Positions 16,275-37,610 of a DNA stretch of 64,000 nt are shown here, one piece after another. Position numbers and translations under genes: made by a program. Below the pieces are notes generated by a model. It was given only the letters and a program-made list of their open reading frames with translations. It made no database searches and was not told the DNA's origin. Location: assembly GCF_009914755.1 (NCBI RefSeq), contig NC_060941.1, one strand, 5' to 3'. This DNA is from the human T2T-CHM13v2.0 reference genome, Homo sapiens. Position 1 is the first letter of the stretch; each line of letters opens with the position of its first letter.

Positions 16275-17490
16275 CCTCCCTTAGCAGAGCCCTCTCCCCC
16301 TCTACTCGTGTGCAGGGCCCTGGCCCCTCCCGGGGAACAAGGCTGGGATTAATAAGCGGCCTGGCTCTCTCCCCTAATGGGCTCCAGCTGCACAAACATT
16401 CCCAGAATTCAGAGCCGGCTCTGTCTGGGGCGGCCCAGGCCTCAGCCCCAGCATTCCTGGCCCCCTCCCCCAAGGCCTGGGCCAGCTGCTCCGGAACTCC
16501 AGCAACTGGCTGGGGATCGAATCCCAATTCAGCTTCTCCAGAGGTGGGGGGCAGTGGAGTGACTGGGGCTGGGGTGGGAGGTGAGGGGACGGGAAGAGGT
16601 GAGTAAACTCTGAAAGGACACCTCCCTACCTGCCCTTCCCCCGCCTGCCAGGCCCACCCCTCCCCCAACACTGCTCACACCCTTAGCCTAGGTGCCAGGG
16701 CCCAGCTTGGTCTTCCCTAATTTGTCTCACCAGGCAGGGCCCTTGGCTGGCAGTGCCAGGAGGAGGTAACCCAGGCAGGGCTAGGAGAAAAGATAAACAT
16801 CTCCCCTTGTGTTTTAAGAGATCCAGCTGGGTCTCCATGGAGTCTATGGCCTGGCAGCAGCTTAGTTTAAACAGATTCTTATCAAGCAGTGGGAAGGGGT
16901 GGCAAAGGGAGCAAGAGGAAGAAGGAAAGTAGGGGTTCTCACCCTCCCATTATCCAGCTGGGAGTGACACTCAGGGCCCCAGTGGGAGGAATCCTAAGTG
17001 GACAAAGATGAGCCCGTGAGGATGATGGCTCTGAACCTGTCTTCCCAGATCCCAGGCTACAGGGGTCAGTCATTCCGCTGTCCCTGATCTGTCCTTGATC
17101 TGTTGCCCCCAGTTACGCCTGCTGTGGACACCAAGGGCTGAGGCCATGGAAGGAGTCCCATGACTCCTGTTGGTGCCAGGGTCCATCTGAGCAGGGACTA
17201 GTGGAGAGCACGCCACCTAACAGAGGTGTGTGTGGCTGTGTGTGCCTGTGTCTCCCTGGCCAAGCGGAAGCAGCTGAGTCAAGTAGCACCTGCATGTGGA
17301 TGTGGCAGTGTGTGTGCGTGCGCCAGTGCACGTCAGCCTCTCTGTGTTCAAAAACGCCGTAAGCTCCACGCTCACTCAGAAAGGCTGCCTGCTGGCCACC
17401 CCTCCCCGAAGCTGCAAGTGTCCCTCCCACGGGGCATGCGCCAGAGAGAGGCTGAGAAGAGAAAGTAGAGGACAAACAAAAGAGAGGTAG

Positions 17491-17784
17491 TGCCGGGAGT
17501 GGTGGCTCACGCCTGTAATCCCAGCACTTTGGGAGGCAGAGGCGGGCAGATCACTTGAGGTCAGGAGTTTGAGACCAACCTGGCCAACATGGTGAAATCT
17601 CATCTCTATTAAAAATACAAAAATTAGCTGGGCGTGATGGCACATGCCTGTAATCTCAGCTACTTGGGAGGGTGAGGCAGAAGAGTTGCTTGAACCAGGG
17701 AGGTGGAGGTCGCAGTGAGCCGAGATCGCGCTACTCCACACCAGCCTGGGCGACAGAGTAGGACTTCGTCTCAAAAAAACAAAA
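17491..17784 (+). mobile_element. Alu (AluS-like)
   Basis: Full consensus. Confidence 0.96.
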
Positions 17785-19144
17785 GGTTGATGAGGCGAGA
17801 GCCCTGAGGGAGGCTGTGCGGGCAGCCGAGGCACTGACTTGGGAGTTAGGAAACATAGGTCTTGGCCTCAACTCTGCCAGAGACCAGCCAGGACGTTGGA
17901 TGTTTCACTTCCCTGATCAGTATCCTTCCCTTGAATAAGAGAAGATTGGACAAGAGTCTCTCCTGAGTCCCTTCTTGGATTCCACTGTGATGACAGCTGG
18001 GTTGGGGGACACGGGAGGATGCTACATCCTCTCAGAGCTGCAAGAAAGGGGCTCTGGAGGGGCCACCAAGAGCAGCCTATAGGGACTGCGTAGAGGGTCC
18101 CTAGTCTCTCTGGCCCTGAAGAGGAGAAGAGGAAATTGAGAAAGGGGTGTGCTCCCTGTCTTGGGGAGTCCCGTTCTGCAGGGAAACCAAGTACACCACA
18201 ACATGGAGACAGATAAAGGCAGGTGATCTCAATTGGCTGAGCTCTTGGCGGCCGTCCTGGGTTGAAGGGGAAGAGGGCCATTGAGCCAAACAACAAGGAT
18301 CTGTTTACTCTCTACTCTCTTTTTTTCACGTGCACACAGCAAACACATGCAGCCCCTCCTCAGGCCTCTGCAGGCCAAGGAATGCAGACCCACCGCTCCA
18401 GGTCTTGGTCCCCATCAATCACACTGCCCATGCATGTCACATCACCTGCTTCCTTGCAGTTCTGGCCATTTCCCCATGGAGGCACAGAGGGAATGACACT
18501 CTCACAGCATTTGAGCCCTTTAACTCATCACTGATCTGTATCTCCACTCCCCACCCCACCCCCAGCTATGGGACCAGCTCCTGAGCTGCAGGGAAACAGT
18601 AAGGTGAGACCTCCTTTGCATACATGGAGAAACTGAAGGGCTCTGGGTGGGACGGGAACTCAGGAATTGGACCCCATTTAGGACTCTATCCAAGTGAGCC
18701 TCATCTAGCTGTTCATCTGGCATTTCGTGAACACCTACTTTGTATTCAGACTTGTGTTATTAATAGAAGCTGAATAATACAAAGAAATAACATTTCTCCC
18801 AGGGGTATCAAATCAGAGGAAAAAAAATCCTTCCCCCAAACCAAAGGTGGACTGGAACCTACCATAGACTGACCAAAGAAACAGAGCCATCAACATGCTA
18901 TTGAATTTTAGAGCTGTTTATTTGGGCACCAGAGAAACAGCAGACCAGACGCCTGAACTTCCCAGGCTGAAGCTCTGGACTACAAAGCTGTAGACGCTTA
19001 GCAAGGAAACAGGAAAGGAGGGAAGCAGCCGGCCATGGTTGTGAAATTCTGAGGTCTAGAACCCTAAGGCAACAAACTGAACCCAAAGCCTCTCTCCTCT
19101 ACTCCCCACTCCCTTCATTTTTCAGTTATCTATTGAGTAAATAA

Positions 19145-19776
<632 letters not shown>

Positions 19777-19836
19777 TGACTGGCTTCCAACAGGGAAGAA
19801 GTAGAAGTTGTCAGGTCTCTTAAGACCTAGACCTCA

Positions 19837-20153
19837 GGTTGGGCGCGATGGCTCACGCCTGTAATCGCAACACTTTGGGAGGCCAGGTGGAAGGAACACT
19901 TGAGGCCAGGAGTTTGAGACCAGCCTGGGCAACATGGCAAAACCCTGTCTCAAAAAAAAAAAGAAAAGAAAAGAAAGAAAAATTAGCCAGGTGTAGTGGC
20001 ACAGGCCTGTAGACCCAGCTACTCAGGAGGCTGAGGTGGGAGAATCACTTGAGCCTGGGAGGCGGAGGTTACAGGGAGCTATGATCACACCACTACACTC
20101 CAGCCTGAGTGACAGAGACCTGTCTCCAAAAAAAAAAAAAAAAAAAAAAAAAA
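19837..20153 (+). mobile_element. Alu (AluJ-like)
   Basis: Consensus; TSD AAGACCTAGACCTCA. Confidence 0.96.
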
Positions 20154-20240
20154 GACCTAGACCTCACCTGTCAGGGCATCAGTGTTGCTGCCACCATTGG
20201 TCAGAGCAAATCACAGGCCACCCTGGATTGATTGATTTAT

Positions 20241-21161
<921 letters not shown>

Positions 21162-21410
21162 AAAATCATTCTCACAGTCACTACCATCCGCTGTTATCCA
21201 GAATGCTCAACGGCTTCCTAAAGGGTCTCCTGTTTTCACTCTTGCTTCAATACCATGTTGCTTTTCAACTTGCAGCCAAAATGAGCATTCCAAAGGCTAC
21301 ACCTGTGGGGTGCTGGATGGCCGGGGACAGGAAAGTCAGGGGGATTTGTGCTTTAATATGTGCTCTTTTGTACCATGTGTGTACCTTTGCAAAAACTAAA
21401 ATGACTTTTA

Positions 21411-21917
<507 letters not shown>

Positions 21918-22369
21918 CCCCCCACACACAAAACAATTGACTCAAAATCAAATTTAATAATAAATAAAATAAACCAGATCCTCACTGTGTCACTCTTCTA
22001 CTGGAAACTCCTCAGTGATGGTCCATGGCTCCCAGGATAAAATCTAGACTCTCAATGGAGCTTAGATACCTTTCAAGATCTGCCGCGCCTGGCCCTGCAG
22101 GCACTCTTCTCAATTTTGCGCTCTATGTTCCAGTCGAGCCGAACTTCTCTGAATTTCTTGCATTTCCTTGAAAGTACAAATTCTCTCTTGCTTGCAGCTT
22201 TTGTACAGGTGACTGCTCACAACACTCTATTTATTCTTCAGGTCTCGGCTCAGGTGTTTCCTCCAGGAAGTATTTCATGGTCCATAAAGTTGGGGTTTGA
22301 AGTCTCTTCTACAAGTTCCCATAGTGCCCTTGACTTTTCTAGCATTCTGCTCATCACATTCTACCGTCT

Positions 22370-22969
22370 TTTTGTTTGTTTGTTTTAGACAGGGTCTCAC
22401 TCTGTCACCTAGGCTGGAGTGCAGTGGCGCAATCTCGGCTCACTGCAGCCTCGATCTCCTGGGCTCAGTTGATCCTCCTGACTCAGCCTTCTGAGTAGCT
22501 GGGACTACAGGTGCATGCCACCACACTGGCTAATGTTTTGTATTCTTTTGTAGAGACAGGATTCCACCATGTTCCCCAGGCTTGTCTCAAACTCCTGGGC
22601 ACAAGGGATCCACCGGCCTTGGCTTCCCAAAGTGCTAGGATTACAGAAATAAGCCACTGTGCTGGCCTGTTTTGTTTTGTTTTGTTTTGAGACAAGATCT
22701 CATTCTGTTGCACTGGCTGGAGTGCAGTGGTGCGATCATAGCTTGCTGCAGCCTTGAACTCCTGGGCTCAAGCAATCCTCCTGCTTCAGCCTCCTGAGTA
22801 GCTGGACCACAGATGTGCACCATGACGCCAGGCTGAGTTTTTAAATTTTTAGTAGTGATGAAGTCTTGCTATGTTGCCCAGACTGGTCTCGATTTCCTGA
22901 GCTCAAGCAATCCTCCCGCCTCAGCCTCCCAAAGTGCTAGGATTACAGGCTGAGGCACCACACCCAGCC
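22370..22969 (-). mobile_element. Two tandem antisense AluJ-like elements
   Basis: Consensus at 22370-22666 and 22668-22969. Confidence 0.93.
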
Positions 22970-23279
22970 TCACACTCTATTGTCTTTACCTGGTTCTTCA
23001 CTTGTCCCTCCCACCATAGCATACACTTCCAACAGGGCAGGAACCAAGACTGTGATGCTCCCTGCTGCTTCCCTAACACCCGTGCAAAGGTGCTTACTAC
23101 TTACCGATGGAGGGAGGAAAAGGAGAGGGAGGAAGAAAGAAAAGGAGGAGAGAGAAAGAGAAGAAAGGTAAGTTGGTTTAAAAGCTGCAGCAGGTCAGGA
23201 AGCTAATTTTGGAATATGAAGTGGGGAGTTTTACTGTAAGGAATTATGTGGCCATGTGGACTCAACCATGTGAATAAAT

Positions 23280-24070
23280 ATCATAGACATTAGATACAAA
23301 AGAGATACAACCATTACATGATTCCTTTTCTAGAAGTTCTGTAACAGGCAAAATTAATCAATAGTGATAAAAGTCAGAATAGTGGTTACCTGTAGCACAG
23401 TACTCACTGGAAGGTAGCAGGAGCAAAATGTTCTCTCTCGTTACTTAGGTAGTGTTTACATGAGTGTAGACACATGTAAAAATTAATTAAGCTGGCTGGG
23501 CACGGTAATCCTAGCACTTTGGGAGGCCGAGGTGGGCAGATCACCTGAGGTCGGGAGTTCGAGACCAGCCTGACCAACATGGAGAAACCCTGTCTCTACT
23601 ACAAATACAAAATTAGCCAGGCGTGGTGGCACATGCCTGTAATCCCAGTTACTCGGGAGGCTGAGGCGGAAGAATTGCTTGAACCCAGGAGCAGAGGTTG
23701 TGGTGACCTGAGATCGCACCATTGCACTCCAGCCTGGGCCACAAGAATGAAACTCCATCTCAAAAAAAAAATTATTAAGCTGTACTTAAAACTTAAATGC
23801 ACTTTACAGCCTGGGCAATATGGCAAGACCCTCATTTCTACAAAAAAAAATTTTTTTCCAAAAAGCTGGGCATGGTAGCACATGCCTGTGGTCCCAGCTA
23901 CTTGGGAGGCTAAGGCAGGAGGATCATTTGAACCCAGGAGGTTGAGACTGCAGTGAGCTGTGTTTATACCACTGCAGTCCAACCTGGGTGACAGAGCAAG
24001 ACCCTGTCTCAAAAAAATTTTTAAAAAGCACTTTATGCATTTTAGTCTATGTTATTTCAATAAAAATTAG
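23280..24070 (+). mobile_element. Old L1M 3' fragment split by Alus (23493-23771, 23807-24017)
   Basis: ACAGGCAAAATTAATC..AAAGTCAGAATAGTGGTTACC L1 3' motif plus Alu consensus. Confidence 0.75.
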
Positions 24071-24112
24071 AAAGGAAGGAAAGAATTTAAAAAGGAATAA
24101 ATAAAATTATTT

Positions 24113-24461
<349 letters not shown>

Positions 24462-24819
24462 TTACAATCTAGGACTAAGGCATGGAACTGGGATCTAGGC
24501 AGAAAAAGCAGGGTCACACGTATGTGTACACACGTGTGCATGCAAGTGAGTGAGGAAACTGGTTTATATTGATAGGAAGAAAGTACTGCAAAATAAACTG
24601 CTCATCACTCTTCATGCACTTCCCATTCCCTCCCAAAGCCTCCACTGGATTTTCCATTACTACACTTAAAGCCCAGACTCCTTGACCTCACATTAAAGCT
24701 TTCTTCTATCTGCGCCCCCAACCGTCCTTCCAGGTCTGTCTCCCTTTCTTCGTGCCCTCTCTCCCCACATCCACCACACAATGCATACTTCTTTGTACTT
24801 TTTTTTTTAATTTGTTGTT

Positions 24820-25121
24820 AAATTATTATTATTATTATTGAAACAAGGTCTCACTCTGTCGCCCAGGCTGGAGAGCAGTGGTGCAATCTCGACTTATTGC
24901 AGCCTTGACCTCCCTGGCTCAAGTGATACTCCCACCTCAACCTCTTGAACAGCTGGAACCACAGGCAAGCACTACCACGCCCTGCTAATTTTTGTATTTT
25001 TGGTAGAGATGGGGTTTCGGCACGTTGCCCCCGCTGGTCTTGAACTCCTAAGCTCAAGCAATCCATCTACCTTAACCTCCCAAAGTGCTGGGATTACAGG
25101 TGTGAGCCACCACACCCTGCC
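24820..25121 (-). mobile_element. Alu (AluJ-like) with (ATT)n tail
   Basis: Consensus. Confidence 0.93.
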
Positions 25122-25474
25122 GTTCCATGCGCTGTTTACCTGTATGGGTGTACCAGTCCACAGAGAGATCAGCTATTATTGCCTTTTCCTTATTGAACTC
25201 CTACTCGCCATTGTGGATTAACTGCTCCTCTGTCGTTCTTTTCATGGCCCTTTGCTCACAGCCAGATAGCATGTAAGTTGACCTCTGGTAGATCACAGCT
25301 ATTTGTGTATGATTCTGTCTCCGTCTGTAACATAAGCCCTCCAGAAGTCAGGGACAATGTCAGTGCCCAAACCTACAGCTCTAGCTCCCAACTCTTGTCG
25401 GCATCACAACCACATTTGCAACTGCCTACTAGATATCTCCTCCTCAAAGTATATGTGTTCAAAACTGAGTTGAT

Positions 25475-27137
<1,663 letters not shown>

Positions 27138-27188
27138 TGAGTTAATACATGTCAAACACTTAGAACAGTGCCACATATATAAACTTAA

Positions 27189-27783
<595 letters not shown>

Positions 27784-27807
27784 ATAGCTTAATAATTATT
27801 ATTACCA

Positions 27808-29150
<1,343 letters not shown>

Positions 29151-29939
29151 CACTTTTTGACCCCCAAAAGAAGTTTCCCGGAGGGATGAACTCCAGAGGG
29201 ATGTCGATGGAACAGTCTATCCTTCTTTCTCTGACAAGGAATTAGGATTATATCTCCTGTGATTTAGAGGCAACCATTTCACACCCTTCCCTGGAGGTGT
29301 GCGGGTATAGCCTCACCCATATCCATCCACATGCACACACACAGGTATTCACACAGGCAGATCTGGTACATCTGTGTAGCCAGCCCTCTCTCCATTTCTA
29401 TCCGTTTTTCAGGTCAAGGAGACCCAAAGTCCTGCCCTAGAGTTTTTTCCTGGGAAGTTAATTAACTGACCATTCCTGCTCCCACTAGTGTGAACAGGGG
29501 GTGTCGGTAGGGATGAAACCCAGTCAGTCACTGACTGGGGAGTCTGACTTTGATGTGTTCTCTGGGGTGTGCATGCACGTGTGTGCGTAAATGCCTCCTG
29601 GTTCTGACTGGCTCGAGTCAGTATAGAAGTAAGTTCTGGTGCTAAGAGCAGGCTGGATGGCTCACACACATTCTATAAATCCAAGGAAGCCAAAGTGAGA
29701 TCCAAATTCTGCAGGGGTCAGCCCAAATCCTCCATCTAACCAGCCCTGCCACACTCTTCCCCATACTCATCCTCTGTCCCATGCGTACTCACCGCTCCCT
29801 GATCATGCCACATTCTTCCATTCTTCTGCAGCTTTGCCCATACTGTTCTCTCTGCATGGAATGCCCTTGCCCCCTCTTTTTCCTGACAACCCTAGTGTCT
29901 GCCTTTTGTATCACATGATATTGCAATGATCTGTATATA

Positions 29940-30237
<298 letters not shown>

Positions 30238-30691
30238 GATCTGTATATATTAATAGCTCCACTTTCCTCAAGAGCAGAGACCATGCTCTACTCATTGCCA
30301 TATCACTAGTGCTTGGCACACAATAATTTTCAACAAACACTGGTTGAACTAATGATTGAATGAACAGCTATTGCTCCCAGATTCAGCAACTATTTCTCCT
30401 CCATGTCTTTGCTCTGTCCAACTCCACCCCAATTCCCCGGGCTGCTATGAGAAGGGGCAAGGGTCCCAAAGGCTAGAGTGTAAAGTTTGGGCTGCATTCT
30501 TGAGGCCCCAGGGAGATACTGCAGAGTCTCCGAAAACAGGGAAGGATTCCATGTTGTAGAGGTGGGCCCAGCAGGCCCACAGGCCCTCACACCCATAGTG
30601 GGAAAAGCCAGAGAATTCTGCAGGGTTTTTCTAATGTTGGGGAGGATGTCTCAAAGTCCGAAATAGCCTGTAAACATTGGGTTAAGTGTTA

Positions 30692-31290
<599 letters not shown>

Positions 31291-31419
31291 CAAAGACCTA
31301 GAAAACTAGCATTATGATCCAGACGCTGAGGATTCAGCCCTTAAAGGGAGTAGCTGCCATCAGCAACAACAGTAAAGTGTTCAGAAGATGATGCAGGAGA
31401 CAATACACAAAGCAAGCCT

Positions 31420-31615
31420 GACAAAAATCTGGCCCGCGTGCCTACCCTTCCATTCTTTGATTCTGTGACCACGGCAGACATCACTAGTGGATCCCAGCAC
31501 TATCTCCCACTAAGCCAAAAGGATGCTTCAGAATCCATCTCACCACAGCACTCCAGGTAGTCACCCAATTAATTACAGTTGGCATGAGAAATAACCCCAC
31601 TTGCTATTTCTGGTA
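31420..31615. mobile_element. Old hAT-Charlie MITE (MER112-like)
   Basis: GGCAGACATCACTA..TCAGAATCC..ACAGCACTCCAGG matches the recalled consensus. Confidence 0.55.
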
Positions 31616-31758
31616 TTGTGGTTAAGAGTCTGACTACTTTTGCTCCACTCTGGCTAGTATGATGCCCTTACAGCAGCTTTCATGAACGTCAGTTATTTAA
31701 ATATGTTGTAATTTGAGGTAAAGAGAGCCCTCATTTTGTAGTTTTGGATGTTAAATGA

Positions 31759-32477
<719 letters not shown>

Positions 32478-32954
32478 CTACCATGTAGAGGGGTGAATAT
32501 ATTGCCTGCACAGTTTGACAGGACATGGTGGTGGAATGGGAAAGAGGAAGAGAGGGAGACAGGAGCCAGAGTGCTGGGGTGGGGAAGAATAGGTGACAAA
32601 GGCTATTCCTGCCTGAGACTGTGGGCAGATTCCCAGCTCTCTCTGGTTGGCCCTGGGCTCCCTACTGACACTAAAGCTCTTTGAAAGAGGTGAGTGGCAC
32701 TTGTCATCTTGAAATACCTGAGTACAGAACTTCTTTTCAAGGAGAGTTGTGAAAGACTCCAATATGGTCAAAAAGATTATTGTCTGTCCTTGTGTGTTAT
32801 TTTCTAGTTTTATTGTCATCGAGCTATTTTACCACCCAATCAATGGAAATAATTCTTGTCCATAGAAATGCAAATTGCCTGGTGCATATGCAATTGATTA
32901 TTGCTCAGTGGTTATTGACCAATTTAGCATCTATTAAGCAGATTTACTTCATCT

Positions 32955-33813
<859 letters not shown>

Positions 33814-33893
33814 TAAATACGTCTCTGCTCTTTGGATCGTCCTTTGAACTGACTGTAACATCTTACTGGTTCCTTCACTAATTAATGAGTTAA

Positions 33894-34375
<482 letters not shown>

Positions 34376-34684
34376 CATCTGTCAGGTTTATAGGGGATTA
34401 CCCCCACTTCATTGCTTGTTTTATGCCATCCAAATAGATACATAATTATTCAATATTTGAGCTGGACACATTCTCAAACATTTATATGAGTTTGTTTAAC
34501 AAAACATATAACAAACCTACAAGTACCACACCAAATACTTATCCATGTATTCATTCAATGATAGGAAGTTGCATGTGGCAGGGACTGCATTTGTGCCTCT
34601 TTTGAGCTTAGCAAGTGCCTAACTCATGGTAAGTACTAAAGACACATCCACTGAGCCAACACATGAATGAATAAGCCCAGCAAG

Positions 34685-34890
34685 ACTTTACTAAGTGTTT
34701 ACTATGTGGTGAACATTGTTTTAAACACTTTATTTAATTTAATCCTCAAACTAGTTACATGGTAGGTACAATTAATTACTATCCTCATTTACACATAATA
34801 CAGAGAGGTGAATGAACTTGCTCAAGGTCAACAGCTAGCCATGGCTGAGGCAGAATTCAAGCCCTGGTAGCCTGGCTCCTGAGCCTATGA
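34685..34890. mobile_element. MIR
   Basis: TTTACTAAGTGTTTACTATGTG..CAGAGAGGTGAATGAACTTGCTCAAGGTCA. Confidence 0.75.
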
Positions 34891-36770
34891 TCTTGGGCAC
34901 CCATATGCGCCAGGCATCTTGCTAGGTTCTGATATACAGAGATAAAAGACACACCAAACACAGACTTTCCTTAAGGAGGTCACACTGAAGAAAGGCAACA
35001 AATAACTAAAAAGAATGTGACGTGCTCTGGCAAGTGAGAACACGATGCTAGGGACAGAGGGTGTCAGAGGGTTGGACAGGTGTGGTTGACGGCAGAGGGG
35101 CCACCTGACCTGAGGCAAGTTCTGAGGCTACTGGTAGTTAATGTTCAGATCAGAGGAAGGGAAGAGCATTCAGGCCACTGGTATGGTTGGTCTGAGAAGG
35201 TGAGAGTCCCGAGGCCGGAGCCCAGAAGTGCAGAGAAGTGAAACTGGAGAGAGGAGCCAGGTCCAGATCCTGGAAAGCTTCACTTGCTGAGGGAGGAAGG
35301 GTGTTGGGATACCCCTTGGAGGCCTCGCAGGACTGTTCGCAAGGGAGATATGAACTCAGATGCCACACTCCACCTGCCCCGCCCAGGACACGAAACCCAG
35401 TACACAGAATTCCCTACAAGCTGTATCCCACTCGGGAGAGTTCCCCGGGAGGGCTAGACAGGAGGGCAGTGCTAACTAAGTGTGGGACACAGCCAGTGCC
35501 ACCTGGGAGCCATGGCTGGGAGTCTCTCTCCAAGCCCTCCCCCACAATCCCTTCAGTCACCCCCCACCCACCCTTGCCAGCTCAGACACTCAGGCACACT
35601 CCCTCCGGTCACATCCCCCTTGAGGCCAGAGATAAGAATAAGCAACATGTCTCTTCCCACATCCCTTCCCTGCCCGCCCTCTGATTCTACCATCCAAAGC
35701 AGCTGCAGAGCCTGGAACACCCCAGGCCCCAGTCAGAGGAGGGAGCATGGGGAGATGGGAGCTTCCTGGGGGTGCCGTGGCTATGGGCTGTGCCCTCCCC
35801 TCCCACAGGGCTGAGGCTGGTGATTAGTTGGGTTAATTATATCCGAGCCATTTCCGATTGGCACAAGCCCACCCACCCACAGAGCCTGCCCAGAAGGCAG
35901 GCAGGCCGGGCCCAGGTCAGGATGCTGGGGCACCAGCTCCTCTAGGTGGATTCCTGACCCCTGTGCTGATGGCCAAACGGAGGCTGATTGTCCTCCCTGC
36001 TCCAGGACGGCCTCCTCTTCACTCACCAACTTTCTTACCCATCCCTCTGTTTTCTTTGTACCAACACAAGTCCCTCTCACTCCCCTCTCCTCCCCGCAGG
36101 TTTGGAATGAAATCATGGGGCCCTGAGTTCCGCAGTAGGCCCTGACATAAACACTTTGATTGGGGCTAATTATAAGGGCCAGGCTGGGAGGCTGGAGCCT
36201 TCGGAAAGCTTTGGCTTTCAAATAAAGGGCCCACGGCTCAGTCCCTAGCCCAGGCGGCTCTCTTCCAGGCTTCCTTATGAATGAGGGGTTCCAGAAAGAG
36301 GCAGTCCTCTAGAAACCCCGTGGTCTGTGGGCTCGCTCCATGTCCCACGCCTCATCTTGTCCCTTCTCGGTTGCTTTTGCCTTGGCCCTTCCAGGCCTCA
36401 GATCCCAGGGCCTTGCCGGATGGCTTGGCAGAGCCACCAGTCGGCCGTGGAAGACAAGGCAGCAGGGGAGGAGCTCTCAGGCTGGGAGGCAGGGGCAGCG
36501 GCAGGGGCAGGGGCAGGGGAGGCGCAGGGGAAGCCAGCTGTGACAGCCCAAGCCCTAATTAGTCGGCTTCAAAGCCGGCCGGAGAGAGAGCCCGCCTGCT
36601 TGTGTGCCCTGCTCACTCAGGCGAGTAAGACATTTCTGTCCCAATCAGAGGAGAGAGAGAAAGAAAAACACGGCCCACCGCCACCCCGAAGAGCCTTTAG
36701 ACACTGGGCTGGTACCCCGAGTCAGGGAGAAAAACTGAGAACCCAGGAAATCATTCTCTTCTGTTGAAAC

Positions 36771-37610
36771 TGATACGTAAGTGCTAGGAAGGGAAGTGTG
36801 TGGTGCCTTTAAATGATACAGAAAGGGGTAACGGAAGTGCTGGGTACAGGAGGGCGTAGTCCTTGGCTAGGGCTCCACCCCCACGGACCTAGGTGAGGAC
36901 AGGCATTTTTGTTTTCCTGCCCAAATGTTGCGTTTCCCAAGTCCACCCTGTCCTGCCACGCCCCCATCCTGTGCCTATAAAAACCCGAGATCTACCCCCC
37001 CCAAGGAAAGCCAAGCCAAGCCGCTGGATGTTGAGGAGGAGCACGTCAGCGGAGGCACACACATTGGCTAGGCGTTGAGAGGAACGCACTGATAGGCACC
37101 GGCATGCTGGCAGGCCACTGATCAGGCAGAGCAACACAGAGTTTGGCTGAGGCAGTCAGAGGAGAGCGCGGGCCACCGAGCGGCCTGATTCCTAGGCGAC
37201 AACCATTTACCTTCTGGCTGTCCCATATTCTGAGAGCGACTTCCACTCAATAAAACCTTGCACTCATACTCCAAGCCCACATGTGATCCGATTCTGGTAC
37301 ACCAAGGGAAGAACCCCGGGATACAGAAAGCCCTCTGTTCTTGGTCTCTGCGCCAAGGAAGAAGTCTAATTGAGCTGGTAAGACAAGCCACTTATCGACG
37401 GCAAAGCTGAAAGAGCACCCTGTAACACGCGCCCACTGGGGCGCCAGGAGCTGTAAGCATTCACTCTTAGACACTGCGGTAGGGCCGGAGCCCCACAGCC
37501 TGCCTGTCTGTATGTCTCCCCTAGAAGTTTGAGCAGCGGGGCACTGAAGAAGCGAGCCACACCCCTATCGTATGCCCTGCAAGGGGGACAAGGGAACTCT
37601 TCCCATTTCA
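36771..37610 (+). mobile_element. Solo ERV1-class LTR (LTR1-like)
   Basis: Begins TGATAC, ends CCCATTTCA (TG..CA). Contains LTR1-like motifs GGGCTCCACCCCCACGGACCTAGGTGAGGACAGGC and CCTGTGCCTATAAAAACCCGAGA; AATAAA 37249-37254. Confidence 0.85.
36976..36982 (+). promoter_or_regulatory. LTR TATA box (TATAAAA), with a GC-box-like CCACGCCCCC just upstream
   Basis: Motif at the expected U3 position of the LTR. Confidence 0.55.
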
